Assembly: GCA_964016885.1 (NCBI GenBank)
Contig: OZ024766.1
Coordinates: 2,232,001-2,296,000, forward strand
Direction: 5' to 3'
Length of the DNA stretch: 64,000 bases
Origin: Eledone cirrhosa
Taxonomy: Eukaryota
Made by a program: the position numbers and the translations under genes. Below are positions 51,701-64,000 of this stretch, piece by piece. The notes beneath the pieces were generated by a model. That model saw only the letters and a list, made by a program, of their open reading frames with translations. It was not told the DNA's origin and made no database searches. Numbering within the stretch: the first letter of the stretch is position 1; each line of letters opens with the position of its first letter.

Positions 51701-54700
51701 CTAAAATGGGTAAAACGGCATTATGAATGACTAAAATGTGTCTATAATGGCTAAAATAGCATCATAAATGACTAAAATGACTCTAAAATGTCTAAAACGG
51801 CATTATCAATGACTAAAATGGCTAAAACGGCATCATAAATGACTGAAATTACTCCAAAATGGCTAACACGGGATCATAAATGACTGGAATGACTCCAAAA
51901 TCTCTAAACGTCATTATAAATGACTAAAATGACTAAAACGGCATCATAAATGACTAAAATGACTCTTAAATAGCTAAAACGTCATTATCAATGACTAAAA
52001 TAGCTAAAACGGCATCATAAATGACTAGAATGACTCCAAAATGGCTAAACCGGCATCATAAATGACTAAAATTACTCCAAAAATGGTTAAAAATGCATCT
52101 TAAATGACTCAAATGACTCTAAAATAGGTAAAACATCATTAGGAATGACTAAAATTGCTAAAACGGCATCATAAATGACTAGAATGACTCTAAAATGGAT
52201 AAAACGTCATTATAAATGACTGAAATTACTCCAAAATGGCTAAACCGTCATCATAAATGACTAAAATGACTCTAAAATGTCTAAAACGTCATTATAAATG
52301 ACTAAAATGGCTAAAACGGCATCATAAATGACTGAAATTACTCCAAAATGGCTAAACCGGCATCATAAATGACTAAAATGACTCTAAAATGTCTAAAACG
52401 TCATTATGAATGACTAAAATGGCTAAAACGGCATCATAAATGACTAGAATGACTCTAAAATGGATAAAACGTCATTATAAATGACTAAAATGGCTAAAAC
52501 GGCATCATAATTGACTGAAATTACTCCAAAATGGCTAAACCGGCATCATAAATGACTAAAATGACTCTAAAATGTCTAAAACGTCATTATAAATGTCTAA
52601 AATGGCTAAAACGGCATCATAAATGACTGAAATGACTCCAAAATGGCTAAAACGGATCATAAATGACTAAAATGACTCTTAAATAGCTAAAGTGTCATTA
52701 TAAATGACTAAAATGGCTAAAACGGCATTATAAATGACTAAAATTGCTAAAACGGCATCATAAATGACTAAAATGACTCGTAAATAGCTAAAACGTCATT
52801 ATATATGACTAAAATGGCTCAAACGGCATCATAAATGACTAGAATGACTCCAAAATGCCTAAAACGGCATCATATATGACTAAAATGACTCCAAAATGGT
52901 TTAAAACGGCATCTTAAATGACTAAAATAGGTAAAACGGCATTATAAATGACTAAAATGTGTCTAGAATGGCTAAAATAGCATCATTAATGACTAAAATG
53001 ACTCTAAAATGGCTAAAACGGCATTATCAATGACTAAAATGGCTAAAACGGCATCATAAATGACTAGAATGACTCCAAAATGGCTAAAACGCATCATAAA
53101 TGACTAAAATGACTCCAAAATGGTTAAAAATGCATCTTAAATGACTCAAATGACTCTAAAATAGCTAAAACGTCATTAGGAATGACTAAATGGCTAAAAC
53201 GGGATCATAAATGACGAGAATGACTCCAAAATGGATAAAACGTCATTATAAATGACTAAAGTGGCTAAAACAGCATCATAAATGACTAGAATGACTCCAA
53301 AATGGCTAAACCGGCATCATAAATGACTAAAATGACTCTAAAATGGCTAAAACGGCATTATCAATGACTAAAATGGCTAAAACGGCATCATAAATGACTA
53401 AAATGACTCCAAAATGGCTAAAACCCATCATAAATGACTAAAATTACTCCAAAATGGTTTAAACGCATCATGAATGACTAAAATGACTCCAAAATGGTTA
53501 AAAATGCATCTTGAATGACTCAAATGACTCTAAAATAGCTAAAACGTCATTAGGAATGACTAAAATGGCTAAAACGGCATCATAAATGACTAGAATGACT
53601 CCAAAATGTCTAAAACGGCATCATATATGACTAAAATGACTCCAAAATGGTTAAAACGGCATCTTAAATGACTAACATGGGTAAAACGGCATTATGAATG
53701 ACTAAAATGTGTCTATAATGGCTAAAATAGCATCATAAATGACTAAAATGACTCTAAAATGTCTAAAACGGCATTATCAATGACTAAATGGCTAAAACGT
53801 CATTATAAATGACTGAAATTACTCCAAAATGGCTAAACGGGATCATAAATGACTGGAATGACTCCAAAATCTCTAAAACGTCATTATAAATGACTAAAAT
53901 GACTAAAACGGCATCATAAATGACTAAAATGACTCTTAAATAGCTAAAACGTCATTATCAATGACTAAAATAGCTAAAACGGCATCATAAATGACTAGAA
54001 TGACTCCAAATGGCTAAACCGGCATCATAAATGACTAAAATTACTCCAAAATGGTTAAAATGCATCTTAAATGACTCAAATGACTCTAAAATAGGTAAAA
54101 CATCATTAGGAATGACTAAAATTGCTAAAACGGCATCATGAATGACTAGAATGACTCTAAAATGGATAAAACGTCATTATGAATGACTAAAATGGCTAAA
54201 ACGGCATCATAAATGACTGAAATTACTCCAAAATGGCTAAACCGGCATCATAAATGACTAAAATGACTCTAAAATGTCTAAAACGTCATTATAAATGACT
54301 AAAATGGCTAAAACGGCATCATAAATGACTGAAATTACTCCAAAATGGCTAAACCGGCATCATAAATGACTAAAATGACTCTAAAATGTCTAAAACGGCA
54401 TTATCAATGACTAAAATGGCTAAAACGGCATCATAAATGACTGAAATGACTCCAAAATGGCTAAAACGGGATCATAAATGACTAAAATGACTCTTAAATA
54501 GCTAAAGCGTCATTATAAATGACTAAAATGGCTAAAACAGCATTATAATGACTAAAATTGCTAAAACGGCATCATAAATGACTAAAATGACTCTTAAATA
54601 GCTAAAACGTCATTATAAATGACTAAAATGGCTCAAACGGCATCATAAATGACTAGAATGACTCCAAAATGCCTAAAACGGCATCATATATGACTAAAAT

Positions 54701-57700
54701 GACTCCAAAATGGTTAAAACGGCATCTTAAATGACTAAAATGGGTAAAACGGCATTATAAATGACTAAAATGTGTCTAGAATGGCTAAAATAGCATCATT
54801 AATGACTAAAATGACTCTAAAATGGCTAAAACGGCATTATCAATGACTAAAATGGCTAAAACGGCATCATAAATGACTAGAATGACTCCAAAATGGCTAA
54901 AACGCATCATAAATGACTAAAATGACTCCAAAATGGTTAAAAATGCATCTTAAATGACTCAAATGACTCTAAAATAGCTAAACGTCATTAGGAATGACTA
55001 AAATGGCTAAAACGGCATCATAAATGACGAGAATGACTCCAAAATGGATAAAACGTCATTATAAATGACTAAAGTGGCTAAAACAGCATCATAAATGACT
55101 AGAATGACTCCAAAATGGCTAAACCGGCATCATAAATGACTAAAATGACTCTAAAATGTCTAAAATGTCATTATAAATGACTAAAATAGCTAAAACGGCA
55201 TCATAAATGACTAGAATGACTCCAAAATGGCTAAACCGGCATCATAAATGACTAAAATGACTCTAAAATGGCTAAAACGGCATTATCAATGACTAAAATG
55301 GCTAAAACGGCATCATAAATGACTAGAATGACTCCAAAATGGCTAAAACGCATCATAAATGACTAAAATTACTCCAAAATGGTTTAAACGCATCATAAAT
55401 GACTAAAATGACTCCAAAATGGTTAAAAATGCATCTTAAATGACTCAAATGACTCTAAAATAGCTAAAACGTCATTATAAATGACTAAAATTGCTAAAAC
55501 GGTATCATAAATGACTAAAATGACTCTTAAATAGCTAAAGCGTCATTATAAATGACTAAAATGGCTAAAACGGCATTATAAATGACTAAAATTGCTAAAA
55601 CGGCAACATAAATGACTAAAATGACTCTTAAATAGCTAAAACGTCATTATAAATGACTAAAATGGCACAAACGGCATCATAAATGACTAGAATGACTCCA
55701 AAATGCCTAAAACGGCATCATATATGACTAAAATGACTCCAAAATGGTTAAAACGGCATCTTAAATGACTAAAATGGGTAAAACGGCATTATGAATGACT
55801 AAAATGTCTCTAGAATGGCTAAAATAGCATCATAAATGACTAAAATGACTCTAAAATGGCTAAAACGGCATTATCAATGACTAAAATGGCTAAAACGGCA
55901 TCATAAATGACTAGAATGACTCCAAATTGGCTAAAACGCATCATAAATGACGAAAATTACTCCAAAATGGTTAAAAATGCATCTTAAATTGACTCAAATG
56001 ACTCTAAAATAGGTAAGACATCATTAGGAATGACTAAAATGACTCTAAAATGTCTAAAACGTCATTATAAATGACTAAAATGGCTAAAACGGCATCATAA
56101 ATGACTGAAATTACTCCAAAATGGCTAAAACGGGATCATAAATGACTCGAATGACTCCAAAATATCTAAAACGTCATTATAAATGACTAAAATGACTAAA
56201 ACGGCATCATAAATGACTAAAATGACTCTTAAATAGCTAAAACGTCATTAGGAATGACTAAAATGGCTAAAACGGCATCATAAATGACTAGAATGACTCC
56301 AAAATGTCTAAAACGGCATCATATATGACTAAAATGACTCCAAATTGGTTAAAACGGCCTCTTAAATGACTAAAATGGGTAAAACGGCATTATGAATGAC
56401 TAAAATGTGTCTAGAATGGCTAAAATAGCATCATAAATGACTAAAATGACTCTAAAATAGGCTAAAACGGCATTATCAATGACTAAAATTGCTAAAACGG
56501 CATCATGAATGACTAGAATGACTCTAAAATTGGATAAAACGTCATTATAAATGACTAAAATGGCTAAAACGGCATCATAAATGACTGAAATTACTCCAAA
56601 ATGGCTAAACCGGCATCATAAATGACTAAAATGACTCTAAAATGTCTAAAACGTCATTATAAATGACTAAAATGGCTTAAAACGGCATCATAAATGACTG
56701 AAATTACTCCAAAATGGCTAAACCGTCATCATAAATGACTAAAATGACTCTAAAATGTCTAAAACGTCATTATGAATGACTAAAATGGCTAAAACGGCAT
56801 CATAAATGACTAGAATGACTCTAAAATGGATAAAACGTCATTATAAATGACTAAAATGGCTAAAACGGCATCATAATTGACTGAAATTACTCCAAAATGG
56901 CTAAACCGGCATCATAAATGACTAAAATGACTCTAAAATGTCTAAAACGGCATTATCAATGACTAAAATGGCTAAAACGGCATCATAAATGACTGAAATG
57001 ACTCCAAAATGGCTAAAACGGATCATAAATGACTAAAATGACTCTTAAATAGCTAAAGCGTCATTATAAATGACTAAAATGGCTAAAACAGCATTATAAA
57101 TGACTAAAATTGCTAAAACGGCATCATAAATGACTAAAATGACTCTTAAATAGCTAAAACGTCATTATAAATGACTAAAATGGCTCAAACGGCATCATAA
57201 ATGACTAGAATGACTCCAAAATGCCTAAAACGGCATCATATATGACTAAAATGACTCCAAAATGGTTAAAACGGCATCTTAAATGACTAAAATGGGTAAA
57301 ACGGCATTATAAATGACTAAAATGTGTCTAGAATGGCTAAAATAGCATCATTAATGACTAAAATGACTCTAAAATGGCTAAAACGGCATTATCAATGACT
57401 AAAATGGCTAAAACGGCATCATAAATGACTAGAATGACTCCAAAATGGCTAAAACGCATCATAAATGACTAAAATGACTCCAAAATGGTTAAAAATGCAT
57501 CTTAAATGACTCAAATGACTCTAAAATAGCTAAAACGTCATTAGGAATGACTAAAATGGCTAAAACGGCATCATAAATGACGAGAATGACTCCAAAATGG
57601 ATAAAACGTCATTATAAATGACTAAAGTGGCTAAAACAGCCATCATAAATGACTAGAATGACTCCAGAATGGCTAAACCGGCATCATAAATGACTAAAAT

Positions 57701-60700
57701 GACTCTAAAATGTCATTATAAATGACTAAAATAGCTAAAACGGCATCATAAATGACTAGAATGACTCCAAAATGGCTAAACCGGCATCATAAATGACTAA
57801 AATGACTCTAAAATGGCTAAAAACGGCATTATCAACTGACTAAAATGGCTAAAACGGCATCATAAATGACTAGAATGACTCCAAAATGGCTATAACGCAT
57901 CATAAATGACTAAAATTACTCCAAAATGGTTTAAACGCATCATAAATGACTAAAATGACTCCAAAATGGTTAAAAATGCATCGTAAATGACTCAAATGAC
58001 TCTAAATAGCTAAAACGTCATTAGGAATGACTAAAATGGCTAAAACGGCACCATAAATGACTAGAATCACTCCAAATGGATAAAACGTCATTATAAATGA
58101 CTAAAATGGCTAAAACGGCATCATAAATGACTAGCATGACCCCAAATGGCTAAACCGGCATGATAAATGACTAAAATGACTCTAAAATGTCTAAAACGTC
58201 ATTATAAATGACTAAAATGGCTAAAACGCATCATAAATGACTGAAATTACTCCAAAATGGCTAAAACGGGATCATAAATGACTGGAATGACTCCAAAATA
58301 TCTAAAACGTCATTATAAATGACTAAAATGACTAAAACGGCATCATAAATGACTAAAATGACTCTTAAATAGCTAAAAACGTCATTAGGATGAATGAAGA
58401 TGGCTAAAACGGCATCATAAATGACTAGAATGACTCCAAAATGTCTAAAACGGCATCATATATGACTAAAATGAGTCCAAAATGGTTAAAACGGCATCTT
58501 AAATGACTAAAATGGGTACAAACGGCAATTATGAATGACTAAAATGTGTCTATAATGGCTAAAATAGCATCATAAATGACTAAAATGACTTTAAAATGGC
58601 TAAACGGCATTATGAATGACTAAAATGGCTAAAACGGCATCATAAATGACTAGAATGACTCCAAAATGCTAAAACGCATCATAAATGACTAAAAATTACT
58701 CCAAAATGGTTAAAAATGCATCTTAAATGACTCAAATGACTCTAAAATAGGTAAAACATCATTAGGAATGACTAAAATTGCTAAAACGGCATCATAAATG
58801 ACTAGAATGACTCCAAAATGGCTAAACCGGCATCATAAATGACTAAAATGACTCTAAAATGTCTAGAACGTCATTATGAATGACTAAAATGGCTAAAACG
58901 ACATCATAAATGACTGAAATACCTCCAAAATGGCTAAAACGGATCATAAAATGACTGAATGACTCCAAATATCTAAAAACGTCATTATAAATGACTAAAA
59001 TTGCTAAAACGGCATCATAAATGACTAAAATGACTCTTAAATAGCTAAAGCGTCATTATAAATGACTAAAATGGCTAAAACCGGCATTATGAATGACTAA
59101 AATTGCTAAAAACGGCAACATAAATGACTAAAATGACTCTTAAATAGCTAAAACGTCATTATAAATGACTAAAATGGCTCAACACGGCATCATAAATGAC
59201 TAGAATGACTCCAAAATGCCTAAAACGGCATCATATATGACTAAAATGACTCCAAAATGGTTAAAACGGCATCTTAAATGACTAAAATGGGTAAAACGGC
59301 ATTATGAATGACCAAAACGTCTCTAGAATGGCTAAAATAGCATCATAAATGACTAAAATGACTCTAAAATGGCTAAAACGGCATTATCAATGACTAAAAA
59401 TGGCTAAAACGGCATCATAAATGACTAGAATGACTCCAAATTGGCTAAAACGCATCATAAATGACGAAAATTACTCCAAAATGGGTAAAAATGCATCTTA
59501 AATGACTCAAATGACTCTAAAATAGGTAAGACATCATTAGGAATGACTAAAATGACTCTAAAATGTCTAAAACGTCATTATAAATGACTAAAATGGCTAA
59601 AACGGCATCATAAATGACTGAAATTACTCCCAAATGGCTAAAACGGGATCATAAATGACTCGAATGACTCCAAAATATCTAAAACGTCATTATAAATGAC
59701 TAAAATGACTAAAACGGCATCATAAATGACGAAAATGACCTCTTAAATCAGCTAAAACGTCATTAGGAATGACTAAAATGGCTAAAACGGCATCATAAAT
59801 GACTAGAATGACTCCAAAATGTCTAAAACGGCATCATATATGACTAAAATGACTCCAAATTGGTTAAAACGGCCTCTTAAATGACTAAAATGGGTAAAAC
59901 GGCATTATGAATGACTAAAATGTGTCTAGAATGGCTAAAATAGCATCATAAATGACTAAAATACTCTAAAATAGGCTAAAACGGCATTATCAATGACTAA
60001 AATTGCTAAAACGGCATCATGAATGACTAGAATGATTCTAAAATGGATAAAACGTCATTATAAATGACTAAAATGGCTAAAACGGCATCATAAATGACTG
60101 AAATTACTCCAAAATGGCTAAACCGGCATCATAAATGACTAAAATGACTCTAAAATGTCTAAAACGTCATTATAAATGACTAAAATGGCTAAAACGGCAT
60201 CATAAATGACTGAAATTACTCCAAAATGGCTAAACCGTCATCATAAATGACTAAAATGACTCTAAAATGTCTAAAACGTCATTATGAATGACTAAAATGG
60301 CTAAAACGGCATCATTAATGACTAGAATGACTCTAAAATGGATAAAACGTCATTATGAATGACTAAAATGGCTAAAACGGCATCATAATTGACTGAAATT
60401 ACTCCAAAATGGCTTAGACCGGCATCATAAATGACTAAAATGACTCTAAAATGTCTAAAACGTCATTATAAATGTCTAAAAGTGGCTAAAACGGCATCAT
60501 AAATGACTGAAATGACTCCAAAATGGCTAAAACGGGATCATAAATGACTAAAATGACTCTTAAATAGCTAAAGCCTCATTATGAATGACTAAAATGGCTA
60601 AAACAGCATTATAAATGACTAAAATTGCTAAAACGGCATCATAAATGACTAAAATGACTCTTAAATAGCTAAAGCGTCATTATAAATGACTAAAATGGCT

Positions 60701-63700
60701 CAAACGGCATCATAAATGACTAGAATGACTCCAAAATGCCTAAAACGGCATCATATATGACTAAAATGACTCCAAAATGGTTAAAACGGCATCTTAAATG
60801 ACTAAAATGGGTTAAAACGGCATTATAAATGACTACAATGTGTCTAGAATGGCTAAAATAGCATCATTAATGACTAAAATGACTCTAAAATGGCTAAAAC
60901 GGCATTATCAATGACTAAAATGGCTAAAACGGCATCATAAATGACTAGAATGACTCCAAAATGGCTAAAACTCATCATAAATGACTAAAATGACTCCAAA
61001 ATGGTTAAAAATGCATCTTAAATGACTCAAATGACTCTAAAATAGCTAAAACGTCATTAGGAATGACTAAAATGGCTAAAACGGCATCATAAATGACGAG
61101 AATGACTCCAAAATGGATAAAACGTCATTATAAATGACTAAAGTGGCTAAAACAGCATCATAAATGACTAGAATGACTCCAAAATGGCTAAACCGGCATC
61201 ATAAATGACTAAAATGACTCTAAAATGTCTAAAATGTCATTATAAATGACTAAAATAGCTAATACGGCATCATAAATGACTAGAATGACTCCAAAATGGC
61301 TAAACCGGCATCATAAATGACTAAAATGACTCTAAAATGGCTAAAAACGGCATTATCAATGACTAAATGGCTAAAACGGCATCATAAATGACTAGAATGA
61401 CTCCAAAATGGCTAAAACGCATCATAAATGACTAAAATGACTCCAAAATGGTTTAAAATGCATCTTAAATGACTCAAATGACTCTAAAATAGCTAAAACG
61501 TCATTAGGAATGACTAAAATGGCTAAAACGGCACCATAAATGACTAGAATCACACCAAAATGGATAAAACGTCATTATAAATGACTAAAATGGCTAAAAC
61601 GGCATCATAAATGACTAGAATGACCCCAAAATGGCTAAACCGGCATGATAAATGACTAAAATGACTCTAAAATGTCTAAAACGTCATTATAAATGACTAA
61701 AATGGCTAAAACGGCATCATAAATGACTGAAATTACTCCAAAATGGCTAAAACGGGATCATAAATGACTGGAATGACTCCAAAATATCTAAAACGTCATT
61801 ATAAATGACTAAAATGACTAAAACGGCATCATAAATGACTAAAATGACTCTTAAATAGCTAAAACGTCATTAGGAATGACTAAAATGGCTCAAACGGCAT
61901 CATAAATGACTAGAATGACTCCAAAATGTCTAAAATCGGCATCATATATGACTAAAATGACTCCAAAATGGTTAAAACGGCATCTTAAATGACTAAAATG
62001 GGTAAAACGGCATTATGAATGACTAAAATGTGTCTAGGATGGCTAAAATAGCATCATAAATGACTAAAATGACTCTAAAATAGGCTAAAACGGCATTATC
62101 AATGACTAAAATGGCTAAAAGGGCATCATAAATGACTGAAAGGACTCTTAAATAGCTAAAAAGTCATTATAAATGACTAAAATGGCTCAAACGGCATCAT
62201 AAATGACTTGAATGACTCCAAAATGTCTAAAACGGCATCATATATGACTAAAATGACTCCAAAATTGTTAAAACGGCATCTTAAATGACGAAAATGGGTA
62301 AAACGGCATTATGAATGACTAAAATGGCTAAAACGGCATCATAAATGACTAGAATAACTCCAAAATGGCTAAAACGCATCATAAATGACTAAAATTACTC
62401 CAAAATGGTTAAAAATGCATCTTAAATGACTCAAATGACTCTAAAATAGGTAAAACATCATTAGGAATGACTAAAATTGCTAAAACGGCATCATAAATGA
62501 CTAGAATGACTCCAAAATGGCTAAACCGCATCATAAATGACTAAAATGACTCTAAAATGTCTAAAACGTCATTATGAATGACTAAAATGGCTAAAACGGC
62601 ATCATAAATGACTGAAATTACTCCAAAATGGCTAAAACGGGATCATAAATGACTGGAATGACTCCAAAATATCTAAAACGTCATTATAAATGACTAAAAT
62701 TGCTAAAACGGCATCATAAATGACTAAAATGACTCTTAAATAGCTAAAGCGTCATTATAAATGACTAAAATGGCTAAAACGGCATTATAAATGACTAAAA
62801 TTGCTAAAACGGCAACATAAATGACTAAAATGACTCTTAAATAGCTAAAACGTCATTATAAATGACTAAAATGGCTCAAACGGCATCATAAATGACTAGA
62901 ATGACTCCAAAATGCCTAAAACGGCATCATATATGACTAAAATGACTCCAAAATGGTTAAAACGGCATCTTAAATGACTAAAATGGGTAAAACGGCATTA
63001 TGAATGACTAAAATGTCTCTAGAATGGCTAAAATAGCATCATAAATGACTAAAATGACTCTAAAATGGCTAAAACGGCATTATCAATGACTAAAATGGCT
63101 AAAACGGCATCATAAATGACTAGAATGACTCCAAATTGGCTAAAACGCATCATAAATGACGAAAATTACTCCAAAATGGTTAAAAATGCATCTTAAATGA
63201 CTCAAATGACTCTAAAATAGGTAAGACATCATTAGGAATGACTAAAATGACTCTAAAATGTCTAAAACGTCATTATAAATGACTAAAATGGCTAAAACGG
63301 CATCATAAATGACTGAAATTACTCCAAAATGGCTAAAACGGGATCATAAATGACTCGAATGACTCCAAAATATCTAAAACGTCATTATAAATGACTAAAA
63401 TGACTAAAACGGCATCATAAATGACTAAAATGACTCTTAAATAGCTAAAACGTCATTAGGAATGACTAAAATGGCTAAAACGGCATCATAAATGACTAGA
63501 ATGACTCCAAAATGTCTAAAACGGCATCATATATGACTAAAATGACTCCAAATTGGTTAAAACGGCCTCTTAAATGACTAAAATGGGTAAAACGGCATTA
63601 TGAATGACTAAAATGTGTCTAGAATGGCTAAAATAGCATCATAAATGACTAAAATGACTCTAAAATAGGCTAAAACGGCATTATCAATGACTAAAATGGC

Positions 63701-64000
63701 TAAAAGGGCATCATAAATGACTGAAATTACTCTCAAATAGCTAAAAAGTCATTATAAATGACTAAAATGGCTCAAACGGCATCATAAATGACTTGAATGA
63801 CTCCAAAATGTCTAAAACGGCATCATATATGACTAAAATGACTCCAAAATGGTTAAAACGGCATCTTAAATGACTAAAATGGGTAAAACGGCATTATGAA
63901 TGACTAAAATGTGTCTAGAATGGCTAAAATAGCATCATAAATGACTAAAATGACTTTAAAATGGCTAAAACGGCATTATCAATGACTAAAATGGCTAAAA
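27725..64000. repeat. Large satellite array (>36 kb, continues past the window) of 30- and 41-bp units
   Basis: Consensus ttttagtcatttatgatgccgttttagcca with or without ttttggagtca. T-rich on + from 27786-45962; A-rich on + at 27725-27785 and 45963-64000. No ORFs reported in the track for this region. Confidence 0.98.

Noticed and set aside
29200-64000. Recurrent TGAGTCA (AP-1-like) sites and TTTTAG telomere-like motifs in the satellite
   Set aside because: These are by-products of monomer variants; there are no TTAGGG runs and no evidence of binding.

Overview
Eukaryotic, AT- and microsatellite-rich genomic DNA. The (TA)n-saturated non-coding sequence, tRNA/CORE-type SINEs and RTE-clade LINE fragments suggest an octopus or other coleoid cephalopod (inference, not verified). 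There is one protein-coding gene: a + strand, multi-exon UDP-glucose 4-epimerase (GALE). Eight coding exons are visible (10249-22620, 317 codons plus stop), and one expected ~78-nt exon is missing and probably lies in the 200-N gap at 21479-21678. Its introns and flanks contain SINEs, RTE LINE remnants, fold-back hairpins next to (TA)n tracts, and several minisatellites that visibly derive from SINE or LINE internal segments. From ~27725 to the window end is a >36 kb satellite of 30/41-bp units built from ~10-bp subrepeats. It has kb-scale internal duplications and two strand switches (27785/27786 and 45962/45963) at the same quasi-palindromic position of the monomer. Almost all ORFs in the supplied track are translations of simple repeats.
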